Positions 10,109 to 21,200 of a stretch of 39,279 bases of DNA are shown here, one piece after another. A program made the position numbers and the translations under genes. The notes below the pieces were generated by a model. The model was not told where the DNA came from. It saw only the letters and a list, made by a program, of their open reading frames with translations, and ran no database searches. Numbering within the stretch: position 1 is the first letter of the stretch; each line of letters opens with the position of its first letter. The stretch comes from Acidobacteriota bacterium (lineage in GTDB: Bacteria > Acidobacteriota > UBA6911 > RPQK01 > JAJDTT01), in contig JAKZYH010000181.1 of the NCBI GenBank assembly GCA_047514575.1, positions 1 to 39,279 on the forward strand, in the 5' to 3' direction.

Positions 10109-10219
10109 CTCCAATCATCACTTTTTTGTCGTGCACCCGACCCAATCTCCTCTCAGGCACCCAGCCTTTCCGCCTGAACTGGGCTTGAAATTTAACGTAG
10201 CGTCAGTCTCCGGGCCCAC

Positions 10220-10875
10220 GTCTGTCCCCAGCAGCCTCTCGCTAACGCCAGCCTCAGAACTCCTGATCTCCTGTGACTCTCTCGCAAGTCTTTTATCCTT
10301 GTCTGAAGAGTAGTTAACGCGTTATTCGAGTCCGAAGGCCGGGCCTCAGACCGGAATATTCAGTGGATCGACTCACGCTGATGGTCCCAGGAATAACTCT
10401 TTGGCGACCCTGGATGGATCTGAGTAACTGTCACGGTGTCAATCAGTTGCGCCGATTCGAGCGATCGACGTGGGAGAACTTTCCTGGGCCCAAACTGGGT
10501 TGAGCGGCTTCAACCCGCTGTAATGGGGCCAGATTAGTTTCCCAGAGATCAGGAGTTCTGAGCCTCTCGTTGACGTCATTCAGGCTCTCGTTGTTCAGGC
10601 TCTCGTTGACGTCTGTCCCCAGCGATGTGTCTACAACGATGATCTCCAAGGATGCAAAGATGACCTCTGTCCCCAATCGGCATGTCCAGTCAGCCCCGTG
10701 TTAACGTCTGTCCCCAACGAGGTCTCCCAACAATGACTTCAAGAATGTCAAGAATGATCTCTGTCCCCAGTCGGTACCCGTTGGGGTCAATGGTGCCCGT
10801 TGAAATCGATCCCCGTTGACCTCTGTCCCCAGTAGATGACCGCTGTCCTGTCCCCAGTAGATGACCGCTGTCCCT
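10220..10875 (-). repeat. Cluster of TGGGGACAGA motifs with local tandem duplications (interrupted by a MITE)
   Basis: TCTGTCCCCA at 10221, 10612, 10666, 10707, 10760 and 10822, plus degenerate copies at ~10847 and ~10867. Confidence 0.85.
10255..10560. mobile_element. Non-autonomous MITE, 306 bp, 16-bp perfect TIR CAGAACTCCTGATCTC, 5-bp TSD AGCCT
   Basis: TIRs at 10255-10270 and 10545-10560. AGCCT at 10250-10254 and 10561-10565. No transposase inside. Confidence 0.75.
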
Positions 10876-10961
10876 AGTCCTCCGGTGTGACATCGAAGAG
10901 TGCCAACGACTTTCCCGGGTGAGCAATCCGGTCGGGTAGCAGACCACCCAGCTAGACTATA

Positions 10962-12503
10962 ATGCGAAAGATGCGGTCAGTTCGTTTGTTTTTACCCTTG
11001 ACTGTTTCAATGGCGTTGCTTGCCGGTTGGCACGCTCTTGGTTGCGGTGAAACTGCGCTAGCAGCCCAGCGATCTCTCGACTTCCAGGTCGGCGGCAGGA
11101 CGAAGTCCCTGCGTTTGCAGGAGCGCGAAGGAAAGCTTCTCTATAGCGTCAAGGACCTCGTTGGTGCGCTGGGTCTTCAGGCGCGCGACGAGGCGGGCCG
11201 GCTCACGATCCAGGGTCCTGCGGGGAAACTCGAATTGATGGAGGATCGAACGTTGGTCAGGTTTCGACAGGGATACGTTCTCATCTCGACTCCCTGTTGG
11301 AGAAAGGGGAAGTCCGACTGGTACGTTCCGGAGGATTTCATAGCCAAGGTTCTTCCTAACATCCTGACGGGGAGACTGGTGCAAATGCGGGGCGGATACC
11401 GTTTCGACGGCCTGGCTGTGAATCGGGTTCAGGTAGAAGTCGTCAATCACCCAGATCACGTCACCATCACTTTCCTTCCCAGTCAGGCGGGCTCGATTCG
11501 AGTGAGAGAGCAGGAGGAGAATATCGAGGTGGAGTTGGGTGAGTTTCTGATTCGCCCCGATCTTCCACACAACAAACCCCAGACCAAATTGGTTTCGTCC
11601 CTGGCATTTGATTCTCAGGGTCCCTACGGAACCTTTCGGATCCAGAAGGGCCAAAGCTTCGGGTTCATGAGGCAGCGGGAATTGCCCCGGCCCGATCGAA
11701 CCGTCATCGAGATCTACCCGCCGTTAGGAGCTGAAACGTCTAGGACTCCAGTGCGTCGAGCCATTCCGGGAAAGGCTTCGCCTGACTTTGCTGATTTCGG
11801 TTCTCAGGTCCGCAGTGTTGGCGTCGTCACCCTCGATCCAGGACACGGAGGGGAAGACGTGGGCGCAAACTGGGCTGAGGAGTTACTGGAGAAGAACTTG
11901 GTTCTACAGCTTGCCAGTCAGGTAGAGGATCGCCTAAAGGAAGGACCCCATCGGCCCCAATTGACTCGAACGCGCGATACAGCCCTTTCGCCGACCCAGA
12001 GAAGTTCCTTTGCCAACTATCACAGCTGTCAGGCATTCGTTAGTCTCCATGCAGGGGGGGCACCGCATCAGGACAGCCACGGGGGAGTTGTCTACGTCCA
12101 CGACTACTTGGATACGTCGGCCCCACCGAATCCCGAGTCTGAAAAAGAATTGATTTTCTGGGAGGACGGACAGCGCTCGCACCGGTCGGAGAGCCTGCGC
12201 CTTGCCGAACTCATTCAGGCAGAGCTGAACCGGCTCTACGAGACCCGGAACTCGGTCGTGAAGATTCCACTCACCGTGCTTGCTCCTGTGGCAGCGCCGG
12301 CCGTGTTGGTTGAGGTGGGATTCCTGACCCATGAGGGCGATAGGGAGAAGCTGGCCTCGATTGAATTCCAGGAGGAACTCGCTGGCGCTATTTCGAGAGC
12401 CGTGGGCACATTTCTTCAAGGCGACCAAGCCGCCCGCCGTCAGAGTACAAAAGATAGATTGGCTTGGGCTCCCACTACTTCCGGGCAACGCAGAGAGAGA
12501 TAG
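10962..12503 (+). CDS. N-acetylmuramoyl-L-alanine amidase (Amidase_3) with N-terminal signal and beta-rich domains
   Basis: TLDPGHGGED, EKNLVL, LTRTRD, FVSLHAG and VLVEVGFLT motifs. Confidence 0.85.
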   Translation: MRKMRSVRLFLPLTVSMALLAGWHALGCGETALAAQRSLDFQVGGRTKSLRLQEREGKLLYSVKDLVGALGLQARDEAGRLTIQGPAGKLELMEDRTLVRFRQGYVLISTPCWRKGKSDWYVPEDFIAKVLPNILTGRLVQMRGGYRFDGLAVNRVQVEVVNHPDHVTITFLPSQAGSIRVREQEENIEVELGEFLIRPDLPHNKPQTKLVSSLAFDSQGPYGTFRIQKGQSFGFMRQRELPRPDRTVIEIYPPLGAETSRTPVRRAIPGKASPDFADFGSQVRSVGVVTLDPGHGGEDVGANWAEELLEKNLVLQLASQVEDRLKEGPHRPQLTRTRDTALSPTQRSSFANYHSCQAFVSLHAGGAPHQDSHGGVVYVHDYLDTSAPPNPESEKELIFWEDGQRSHRSESLRLAELIQAELNRLYETRNSVVKIPLTVLAPVAAPAVLVEVGFLTHEGDREKLASIEFQEELAGAISRAVGTFLQGDQAARRQSTKDRLAWAPTTSGQRRER

Positions 12504-12510
12504 GGCCACG

Positions 12511-13089
12511 ATGAAGGAGTATCGGATTGCCCTGTTCGTTTTCGTTCTGGTTGGGGGTGCTCTCATCGCCGCGATCTACTTCTTCGAGTCCGAACGCGAA
12601 CGTCATCAACAGATCGAAGAAACCGAACATGAGGTACTCGATGTCGAGTCGAGTGTGGTGGAGGTAAAAGGAGCGGGTGAACTGCCGGTCAAGCTATTCT
12701 TCTGCACGGTGGGAGCGAAGGGGCCGAGTACGAGAGCCTTCGAGATTGAAGAGCGGACCATTCTACAGACTGAAGATTCGGTCCTGGATGCACGGCAGAT
12801 TGTAAACGAGATCATGAAGAGCAGGGGAGAGGAGTTCCCCCGAATATTCCCGGAGGAAGCGAGGCTGCGGCAGATCTATCTGCTCGAGGACGGGACGGCT
12901 CTTGTGGATCTGGCACAGGAGACTACCCAGCGCCTGACTGGGGGAATCACCTCGGAGCTTTGTGCTATCCGCTCGATCACCCGTTCTTTGAAGGAGAACT
13001 TGGCTCAGATCAGGAGGGTCAAGTTCCTGGTTGAAGGGGAGGAGCGAGCGACCCTCGCTGGTCATGTTTCCATTGATAGACCCTTTTAG
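12511..13089 (+). CDS. GerMN domain-containing membrane-anchored protein
   Basis: N-terminal TM helix. GTALVDL, SELCAIRSITRSL, VKFLVEGEERATLAGHV. Typical position after the amidase. Confidence 0.85.
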   Translation: MKEYRIALFVFVLVGGALIAAIYFFESERERHQQIEETEHEVLDVESSVVEVKGAGELPVKLFFCTVGAKGPSTRAFEIEERTILQTEDSVLDARQIVNEIMKSRGEEFPRIFPEEARLRQIYLLEDGTALVDLAQETTQRLTGGITSELCAIRSITRSLKENLAQIRRVKFLVEGEERATLAGHVSIDRPF

Positions 13090-13101
13090 TAGAATTGAGA
13101 A

Positions 13102-13902
13102 ATGTCTTTTCGAGGTGACGGCCGTCAAGTTGACGAGTTGAGATCTGTTTCCATTGTCCCCGATTACAACAGGCATGCCGAGGGGTCCGCACTCATCGAA
13201 TGTGGGAATACCCGAGTCATTTGCACCGCGAGCGTTGAGAACAAAGTGCCTCCCTTTCTGAGAGGGACGGGCCAGGGATGGATAACATCCGAGTATGGGA
13301 TGATTCCCAGGTCGACCTCCACCCGGATGATTAGGGAGTCCTCGAAAGGAAAGCCCTCGGGTCGGACTCAGGAGATCCAGCGGTTGATTGGGCGCTCTCT
13401 TCGTTCCGTCGTGGACATGGACAGCATGGGTGAGCGTACGATCTGGGTGGATTGCGATGTCATCCAGGCAGATGGGGGGACGCGTACTGCGGCCATCACA
13501 GGGTCTTTTGTGGCTCTTGCTCTTGCCGTAGCTGGCTTAAGGCGTCACCGCGTTCTTTCCAAGGGCATTCTCTTTGACCTGGTTGCTGCGGTTAGCGTCG
13601 GTATCGTGGATAAAGAGGCTCTTCTCGACCTCAACTACGAGGAGGATTCTGCTGCAGAAGTAGACATGAATGTGGTCATGACCGGTAGGGATTTGTTCGT
13701 CGAGGTTCAGGGGACCGCTGAAGGCCAGCCTTATTCCCAGGACGAACTAAGCCAGCTCTTGCAGCTGGCCCAAGGTGGAATTCAACAGCTCATCGAGAAG
13801 CAGAGGGAGATACTGGAGCAGAGCATTGAAGACACGTCGCTGCTGTTTCAGGAAGAGGTTGAGACTGTCCAAGTTGCGGCTCCTTCTGGCGACAAAGAAT
13901 AA
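13102..13902 (+). CDS. rph: Ribonuclease PH
   Basis: [51 protein letters not shown]. Confidence 0.97.
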   Translation: MSFRGDGRQVDELRSVSIVPDYNRHAEGSALIECGNTRVICTASVENKVPPFLRGTGQGWITSEYGMIPRSTSTRMIRESSKGKPSGRTQEIQRLIGRSLRSVVDMDSMGERTIWVDCDVIQADGGTRTAAITGSFVALALAVAGLRRHRVLSKGILFDLVAAVSVGIVDKEALLDLNYEEDSAAEVDMNVVMTGRDLFVEVQGTAEGQPYSQDELSQLLQLAQGGIQQLIEKQREILEQSIEDTSLLFQEEVETVQVAAPSGDKE

Positions 13903-14467
13903 AGGGAAGCTGATAGAGGTCCGGGACGCGCTACGCGGACTGCCCTTTACACTAGAGACTCTCGTCCAATATTCCGACCTTCCTGAACCGTTGGAAGACG
14001 GTACAACCTTTGCTGCAAATGCCAGGCTGAAAGCGGCGCATTACCGCGATCTGACCGGGCTACCAACTCTCGCAGATGATTCGGGGCTTGCCGTCGAGGC
14101 GCTCGGTGGGGCACCGGGGATCCACTCGGCTCGTTTCGCCTCCGACGACGATGCCAGGATCCGGAAGCTACTGTCCACACTTGATCAGGTCGATCCCGAC
14201 TGGTCCAACACCAAGGCATCGGCTCACTTCGTCTGCGCACTCTGTCTCTCGAGGTCGAGCAAGCAGATCGAGGTAGAAGGCGAGGTTGCGGGGGAAATCA
14301 TCCCAACTCCCCGGGGCAGCAATGGATTCGGATACGACCCGGTCTTCTACTACCCACCCTTGGGCAAGACCTTTGCCGAGCTCACCTTGGCTCAGAAGAA
14401 CCGGATATCGCACCGCGCCCAAGCTTTGGATTTGCTGCGATCGGGCCTGGAAGCTTGGACACCATGA
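13859..14467 (+). CDS. rdgB: RdgB/HAM1 non-canonical purine NTP pyrophosphatase (start approximate, TTG)
   Basis: [41 protein letters not shown]. Follows rph. Confidence 0.93.
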   Translation: MRLSKLRLLLATKNKGKLIEVRDALRGLPFTLETLVQYSDLPEPLEDGTTFAANARLKAAHYRDLTGLPTLADDSGLAVEALGGAPGIHSARFASDDDARIRKLLSTLDQVDPDWSNTKASAHFVCALCLSRSSKQIEVEGEVAGEIIPTPRGSNGFGYDPVFYYPPLGKTFAELTLAQKNRISHRAQALDLLRSGLEAWTP

Positions 14468-14488
14468 TCATGGGGAACGCCAGGTGGT

Positions 14489-16558
14489 TCATTCGCGCGC
14501 GGTCAGGAGCTCGTCCAACTCGGCGCGGGTAGTTACGGGCCTCTGACAAGCGTAGTCCTGGCAAACATACGCGGTTGCCCTACCTTCCAAGGCCACTTTT
14601 CCCGCCAGCAGGGGGACCTTGAGTCCCAGAGTCTCGTCGATTGTTTCCGAGCAAGCGAGCACCCTGTTGGGTAGAAAGCGTGCCCTGATCGCGGGCAGCA
14701 GGTGCTCCTGTTCCGTCCGGGGACCAACTAGTGCCAACTCCCGAACAGGTCCCAGATAGAAATCGAGGGCCTGAAGCCAATAACCGAAAGCGAGCGGGTG
14801 GCGCGATAGAGCTCGATTGACCCGTCCGAGCATGTGCTCAGCCTTCTCGTTGTAGTCCTTCTTACCTAGGATTTTCGCCAGCCTCAGCAGGTTGAAGCAG
14901 GCAACGGCATTCCCACTGGGGGTGGCGTTGTCCATGTACTCCTTGTGTCTTACCAGGAGTCGTTCGTGGTCAGAGGGAGTGAAGTAGAAGTCTCTGTTTT
15001 CGGAATCCCAGAACAGCCGGATCTGAGCCTCTGTCAGTTCAGCCGCATCGTCCAGCCATCGAATGTCTCCAGTTGCCTGATAGGTTGCGATCCAGCCCTC
15101 GACGACAAGGGCATAGTCTTCCAGGTAGCCGTTGAGCTTGGCATGGCCATCCTTCCAGGTTCGGAAGAGGTGGTTTCCAGAGACCATCTGGGATGAGAGG
15201 AATTCGGCATTACTGACGGCGATTTCCAGATAGTCGGGGCGATCCAGGGTGAAGGCCGCCTCCGCGAAAGCCGTCAGCATCAGACCATTCCACGAAGCCA
15301 GGACCTTGTCGTCCAGTCCGGGCTTGATTCGTGTTTCCCTGACCTGGAACAGTTTTCGGCGAGCCTGGTTTAAGAGATCTGTCAGATTCTCTGGGGAAAC
15401 GCCTACATTCCTGGCGTGAACGGCCAGTTCGAGTCGAGGGTGGAGAACGTTGCTTCCTTCGAAATTACCAGTAGAGGTAACGTCGAAATAGTCGTTGAAG
15501 ATCTTCGCATCTGCTTCCCCAAGGACCTCGACGATTTCATCTGGGGTCCAGGCGTAAAACTTACCCTCCTCACCTTCGCTGTCGGCATCTTGAGCCGAGT
15601 AGAACCCTCCTTCCGGGTGACGCATCTCACGCCCGACGTAGTCGAGTGTTTCCTCAACCACAGTGCGATAGAAGGGATTTCCCGTGAACTGATGCGCTTC
15701 CAGATAGACTCGTGCCAATAAGGCATTGTCATACAGCATCTTTTCGAAGTGGGGGATCAGCCAGCGCTCATCGACCGAGTAGCGGTGGAAGCCTCCACCC
15801 AGCTGATCGTAGATACCACCTCGAGCCATCTCATCCAGGGTCAGGCTGGCCATATCCAGAGCCGACGCGTTGTTCCTACGCATCGAATACCGAAGCAGGG
15901 CGGCAAGGACCATGGCACTGGGAAACTTGGGGGCACCGCCGAATCCGCCGTGGTGTGAGTCGAATTGTCGCCGGCACCCGTTATAGGCGTCATCCAGGAC
16001 CGTCTCCTGAATCACTTCTTCGGCGATGCTCCATTGCGAGGCTTCCTGGAGTTTCCGGATGGTCTCAGCTTGACCGGCCTCAATCTCGCCACGGCGCAGT
16101 CGGTAAGCCTCCTTGATCTGCTCGATCAGACGTTTGAATCCGGGTCGGCCGTAACGGTCATCAGGCGGGAAGTAGGTGCCGCCGTAGAAGGGCACCAGGT
16201 CGGGAGTCAGGAAAACGGTCAAGGGCCAACCGCCGCTGCCAGTGGTCATTTGGACGAAGTTCATGTAGATGGCGTCCAGGTCGGGCCGCTCTTCGCGGTC
16301 CACCTTGATATTGATGAACTCGTCGTTCATCACCCGAGCGATTTCCTCGTTTTCGAACGATTCATGCTCCATCACATGGCACCAGTGGCAGGCAGAGTAA
16401 CCAATGCTCAGGAGGATAGGTTTATCCTGGTCGCGGGAGGCCGCCAGTGCCTCTTCCCCCCAGGGATTCCAGTCCACCGGGTTGGAGGCGTGCTGAAGTA
16501 GATAGGGACTGCTTTCCTGGGAAAGGCGATTGGTATTCTGCGCCGGTTCCTTGGCCAT
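14489..16558 (-). CDS. YyaL/SSP411-like thioredoxin-domain protein
   Basis: [57 protein letters not shown] before ATG 16558. Confidence 0.92.
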   Translation of the reverse strand: MAKEPAQNTNRLSQESSPYLLQHASNPVDWNPWGEEALAASRDQDKPILLSIGYSACHWCHVMEHESFENEEIARVMNDEFINIKVDREERPDLDAIYMNFVQMTTGSGGWPLTVFLTPDLVPFYGGTYFPPDDRYGRPGFKRLIEQIKEAYRLRRGEIEAGQAETIRKLQEASQWSIAEEVIQETVLDDAYNGCRRQFDSHHGGFGGAPKFPSAMVLAALLRYSMRRNNASALDMASLTLDEMARGGIYDQLGGGFHRYSVDERWLIPHFEKMLYDNALLARVYLEAHQFTGNPFYRTVVEETLDYVGREMRHPEGGFYSAQDADSEGEEGKFYAWTPDEIVEVLGEADAKIFNDYFDVTSTGNFEGSNVLHPRLELAVHARNVGVSPENLTDLLNQARRKLFQVRETRIKPGLDDKVLASWNGLMLTAFAEAAFTLDRPDYLEIAVSNAEFLSSQMVSGNHLFRTWKDGHAKLNGYLEDYALVVEGWIATYQATGDIRWLDDAAELTEAQIRLFWDSENRDFYFTPSDHERLLVRHKEYMDNATPSGNAVACFNLLRLAKILGKKDYNEKAEHMLGRVNRALSRHPLAFGYWLQALDFYLGPVRELALVGPRTEQEHLLPAIRARFLPNRVLACSETIDETLGLKVPLLAGKVALEGRATAYVCQDYACQRPVTTRAELDELLTARE

Positions 16559-16665
16559 GGGTCCTCCTCCTTGCACATTCTAGCGAAACCGAGACGCTTG
16601 TGCCCGCGGGCACGTAGACTCACGAAAAAGGGGCAGGCTAGCGCAGGGTGTTAGAGGTGTAGGTG

Positions 16666-17343
16666 CTAGTCGATCTGATAAGGGGCGGCATAGTGTGTAG
16701 GGTCCGGCACGCTGGAGGCTAGAAAAGCCTTTGCCCTCTGCTGACAGGTGCCGCAGGTTCCGCAGTGAAGTGTTTCGCCCTTGTAACAGCTCCAGGTAAG
16801 GTGAAATGGGACACATAGCTTGCTGCCGATGCTGACAATCTCGGCCTTGCTCATGCCGATGAAAGGAGACAGGATCTCGATGGGTTCAAAATCGCATAGT
16901 TCGGCTGTCTGGGCGAGGGCCTCCACGAATTCATGTCGGCAGTCGGGGTAGACGGCACGATCCCCGGCATGGGCCGCATATGCTACTGTTCTGAATCCCG
17001 AGCCTATCGCCCAGCTGATTGCGACAGCGAACATCAACATGTTGCGATTGGGGACGACTGTCGCCTTCATGTTCTCCACATCGTAGGCCCCGTCAGGCAC
17101 GTCGACGCTGGTGTCGGTCAGTGCGCTATGGCCGAACAGAGCCTTTATTGTGGATAGGTCAGCGATCTGGAATTCTATCCGCAGTGATTCACAGATCGCT
17201 CGAGCTGAGTCCAGCTCCTTCCGGTGACGCTGTCCGTAGTCGACCCCCAGGGCTTTTACCAGGTAGCCCTCCGAAATCAGGGAGTACAGCAGGGTTGTGG
17301 AATCTATGCCGCCGCTGTAGATAAGCACGACCTTGCGCCTCAT
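16666..17343 (-). CDS. queC: 7-cyano-7-deazaguanine synthase
   Basis: SGGIDSTT, YGQRH, VVPNRN, YPDCR, TWSCY and HCGTCGTC motifs. Confidence 0.95.
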   Translation of the reverse strand: MRRKVVLIYSGGIDSTTLLYSLISEGYLVKALGVDYGQRHRKELDSARAICESLRIEFQIADLSTIKALFGHSALTDTSVDVPDGAYDVENMKATVVPNRNMLMFAVAISWAIGSGFRTVAYAAHAGDRAVYPDCRHEFVEALAQTAELCDFEPIEILSPFIGMSKAEIVSIGSKLCVPFHLTWSCYKGETLHCGTCGTCQQRAKAFLASSVPDPTHYAAPYQID

Positions 17344-17431
17344 GCCCGGTTCCTAGCTTCCGTCACGCGTTTGTCTCGTTTACCTGGCTATCGGGCCTGA
17401 CCAACCTGGAACCCGGTTGAGACTCTCCTAG

Positions 17432-17589
17432 GAGTCTGTGCGGTAGAAACTGATCTACTGCGGAAACGTAAAATCGGCCCATATTTCCCCGATTTCTCGA
17501 CGAATAGAACAACTATGCACCTAAAAATCGAGAAAATCTGGCCTCGATTTCCCGCTTTCTCGCTACGATCATTTCTACCGCGCAGACCC
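17432..17589. mobile_element. MITE-like element (158 bp) with imperfect ~23-bp TIRs flanked by CTAG
   Basis: Left end CTAG-GAGTCTGTGCGGTAGAAACTGATC. Right end GATCATTTCTACCGCGCAGACCC-CTAG. Internal repeats AAAATC...ATTTCCC..TTTCTCG. Confidence 0.7.
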
Positions 17590-18237
17590 CTAGGGCGAAA
17601 GTCGCTGCCGAGTCCAGCTGCCGTGGCCTGAAAGCTGATAGCGTAGGCGATCGTTGAGGCGATTGGGACGACCCTGCCAGAACTCGATCATCTGCGCGAT
17701 CAACCGATAACCTCCCCAGTGAGGCGGGCGTGGGATTGGCTGATCCTTATAGCGTCGGTCGAGGTCGTTCATCCGGACCTCCAGCACCTCGCGATTGGCT
17801 ACGACCTGACTTTGATGTGAAGTCCAGGCGGCGAGCTGGGCTCCCCGGGGACGGCTCTGAAAATAGGTGTCGGAGACCTCCGGTGAGGTTCGTTCGGTCT
17901 TTCCCTCAATTCGTATTTGTCTCTCAAGACTCGACCACAGGCAAACCAGGGCCCCGTGAGGATTGCGGCTGAGTTCTTCACTCTTGGTACTCCGATAATC
18001 GGTGAAGAAGGTGAATCCGTTTTCACCGAAGTCCTTGAAGAGGACGATTCGGGCAGAGGGTTTTCCTTCCGAAGATACGGTAGCCAGCGTCATTGCGTTC
18101 GCGTGTGGGACACCTGCTTCGAGGGATTCCTCGAACCAGCGTTTGAAGAGGACGAAGGGATTCAGCCCGGCCTCTTCCTCCAACAAGGAGTCCTGCTCAT
18201 ACTCACGACGCTGGCGCAGGTAGCGAACCGTTTCCAT
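17590..18237 (-). CDS. pdxH: Pyridoxamine 5'-phosphate oxidase
   Basis: NAMTLAT, PSARIVLFK, RQIRIEG, YFQSRPRG, RPPHWGGY, EFWQGRPNRL, RLSP. Confidence 0.96.
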   Translation of the reverse strand: METVRYLRQRREYEQDSLLEEEAGLNPFVLFKRWFEESLEAGVPHANAMTLATVSSEGKPSARIVLFKDFGENGFTFFTDYRSTKSEELSRNPHGALVCLWSSLERQIRIEGKTERTSPEVSDTYFQSRPRGAQLAAWTSHQSQVVANREVLEVRMNDLDRRYKDQPIPRPPHWGGYRLIAQMIEFWQGRPNRLNDRLRYQLSGHGSWTRQRLSP

Positions 18238-18265
18238 GATTGAAAATCCGTCGCAACGGACGCTG

Positions 18266-21200
18266 CTAGTTGAGCAGGTCTTCGCCCTGGATGAAGGCGA
18301 TGACGTCGGCCAGATCCTGTGTTTTTAGATCTTGCTCAAGTCCGTCGGGCATCAAGGAGACGCTCGAAGCACGAATCTCTACGATCTGCGACCTGAGAAT
18401 CGCCGTTTCCTCTCCTTTGCCTCGCCTCATTGTAAGGGTACCAGGTGCCTCCGAGACGATTAGACCGTCATGCATTTGGCCGTCCTTTGTGATGATGACA
18501 TAGTTGGTATAGAAGGGCGAGACGACGCCACTGGGATCGAGAATGGCTTCTAACAGCTCCCTCTTGCTCTTGCCTTTTACCCGGCCTAGATCCGGGGCGA
18601 CCCCTTTGCCCTGTTGCCTGAGGTGGCAGCTGGCGCAGTGTTTTTCGGACAGTCTGCGACCGCGAGCGGGACTCGAGGGCAAGTCGAGTGCTGCCTGATG
18701 CTCCGTCACCACATTTGTCCGGTGGCTCTCGCGGTCCTTGAAGACTCGGGCGGCCGATTCACGAATCTGGGGGGATGGGTTTTCCAGAAGTTTCACCTTG
18801 CGCGGAAGGTCCAGAACAGACTCTTCGATTCTCCCAGCCTCAACTGCATCTAACAGTGGCTGCAAGTGTTGACGCCGGCTCAAAAGAACGTCGACTGCGG
18901 GCTGACGGATCTCGGGTCCAAAGATTCTCCAGCGGTCGATCAACAGTTCGCCAACCTGAGGCTCGTCGAAGAGGCCAAGGGTCCGGATGGTGTCTTTCAG
19001 CAGGTCTGGGTGCTGCTGGGGGGACAGAAGTTGATCGAACACCGGGAGCAGTTGCTGGAACCGGCCGCCTGCTAGAGATCGAATAGCTTCCCTTCTCTTC
19101 TTGGTCGACAGCATCGGTTCCAGTGCCTGTTGTGCGGAAACTTTGATCAGTTGCGCCAGTTCGAAGTGTTGTGCGACGGATCGGGCAGCTGACTGAACGG
19201 ATTCGGAGGAATCAACAAGCAGCGAGCCCAACAGACGCTCGGCTTCCGGGATCCTGAGTCCTCTGACCCCAGCCAGCTTGAGCCCGCTAGAGAGTCCGCT
19301 CAGTAGTGAGGTCTGACGGTCCCTGTTCTGGAGCGCGTTCACGCTAGCCATGAGTTCAAGCAGAGTGGAAACTTCCCTTCGGTCATTGCGCGCTCCGATG
19401 ATTGTTCCGATTTCCGTGAGGAACTTCGCTATGGGTGGTTCGGCCTCCCCGGGTAGCAGGGCTTTGAGTAGTTCAATGGAAGAGCCGCTTTTCGAACTCA
19501 ATACAGCAGCGCGAAGCCAACCATCCTGTGGGTGTCGCGAGAGCAGGGAGGCAAGAGCCTTGGTGATTGTGTGTCCTGAGAATTGGCCTAGAGTCAAAGC
19601 CAGTTGAAAGCGCACGCGCGCGGATGGGTCGTCGATCATACCGACAAGATGTTGCTGAAGTTCCTGGAAACCCTCCGCCAAACGCAGAGCATGCTCCCGG
19701 ACGTGAGGGCTGGCGTCCCGCAAGACCCTTCGGATCAAGGTGGCATTGAGAGCTGACAGTCCTTCCAGTGTGTACAGTGAGTGGAGACGCCCGTCGGCTC
19801 TCAGGCTTCCCAGACCCGTCTCCATCAACCACGGAATTGCCTGCCTATCCTGTCGTTCCAGTAGCAGACGCTGAGCGGTAAGTCTCCACCATGAGTTGCC
19901 GTGGGAAAGCAGTTTCACCAAGTCGTAGGTAGAAGCCCGACCAAGGTCGGGAGTGTCTCTGTCTCTGGGGACAGAGGTCTTGGGAAGCACACTGGGGACA
20001 GACGTCTTGGGAAGTACACGGTAGATACGTCCCCGATCGCCTCCTGCATAGAAATCCATACCTTCTTTCAGAGCATCTGGAATGAACTCGGGTCCCTCGA
20101 TGACTTCGCGATACATATCGACCACGTACAGATTTCCGTCAGGTCCGTTGGCCAGGTTGCATGGGCGGAACCATGGGTCGCTGGAAGCCAGGAACTCCGT
20201 CTCCTCTGCCACGCTACCTCGACTTGCAACGAAGGTACTGCCTCGAGGCCTCAGAGTATCCCTGTGTACAAGGTGGCCAGCCACATCTCCGGTGAACAGA
20301 TTCCCTCTATACTCCTCGGGAAATGTATCGCCGCCATAGACTGTGCCTCCAGAGGCGCCGGTGAAGAATCCAGAGGCCTCCTCCTTCCGATCCAGCTGCA
20401 GCTCTTGGAAGCGCCGCTGCCGGATCCTGGTCCGCTTTTCACGCCAGGACTCGGGAGGAGTCAGCTGAAATACACGCTCACCGTGGTCCGAGATGCTTTC
20501 CGAGGGTTGAGACACAGTGAAGAAGGGATTCCTTGCAAGATAGCGGCGCGGCATGACAGAGTAGCTTACATGACGGGAGTTGTGGGTAGAAAAGCGGTTT
20601 CCCCAGGAGTCCAAAGCCAGGCCATATTGAGTGGGACCCGAGGCTGCCTCGAAGAGTCCACGGTCGAGACGGAAGCGGAAATCGGCTCCAAGAACAGAAA
20701 CTGTCCGAGCCTTGGGACGCTCCGAGAACGTGATATCCCCCATTTGTCCACTGTTTGCAGCGTAGATCCAATTGTCGATGCAAAAGCGCAGGTTTGTGAT
20801 TCTGCCCTCCGGATGGGCCAGTCTGAATCCTGTGAATAGCACTCTCCGTATGTCAGCCTTTCCATCGCCGTTCGTATCTTTCAGGTACAGAATGTTGGGT
20901 GCCGCCGTAACCAACAACCCGCCCTTCCAGGGAAGCAGACCAGCTACTTGAAGAAGCTTGTCCGCGAAGATGGTAGAGTGATCCACCCTGCCATCGCGGT
21001 TTCTGTCTTCAAGTAGTTTGATTCTGCCCCGAGGAGATTTTCCCGGCGATGGATCGAACGGGTAGTCCAGCATCTCAGCCACAAAGGCCTGACCACGCTC
21101 GTCGAAGACTAGCTCGACCGGATCGACCACGTGGGGTTCAGCGGCAAACAACTCTACCCTGAAGTGATCCGCAATCTGCAGGCTCTTTAGTCCGTCCTCG

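Larger units (their letters stand above)
8292..10138 (+). mobile_element. ISKra4-family insertion sequence (1847 bp) with 9-bp target duplication GACCCAATC
   Basis: IRL GGGTGCACGACACGAAAGTGATG and IRR CATCACTTTTTTGTCGTGCACCC. Direct repeats at 8283-8291 and 10139-10147. Confidence 0.9.

Noticed and set aside
10605-10875. CRISPR array
   Set aside because: Repeat is only 10-15 bp, spacing is irregular, spacers resemble each other, and there are no cas genes in the window.
10443-10947. Short ORFs over repeat clusters (also 22621-22981, 31174-31698, 38312-38789)
   Set aside because: Low-complexity translations of the repeats, with no RBS or family motifs.
17344-17430. preQ1 riboswitch upstream of queC
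   Set aside because: No recognisable preQ1 stem with A-rich tail on the minus strand. An Infernal/Rfam scan would be decisive.
19901-20839. Long antisense ORFs (also 1517-2782 and 4440-5327)
   Set aside because: Shadow frames of well-supported genes in GC-rich DNA.
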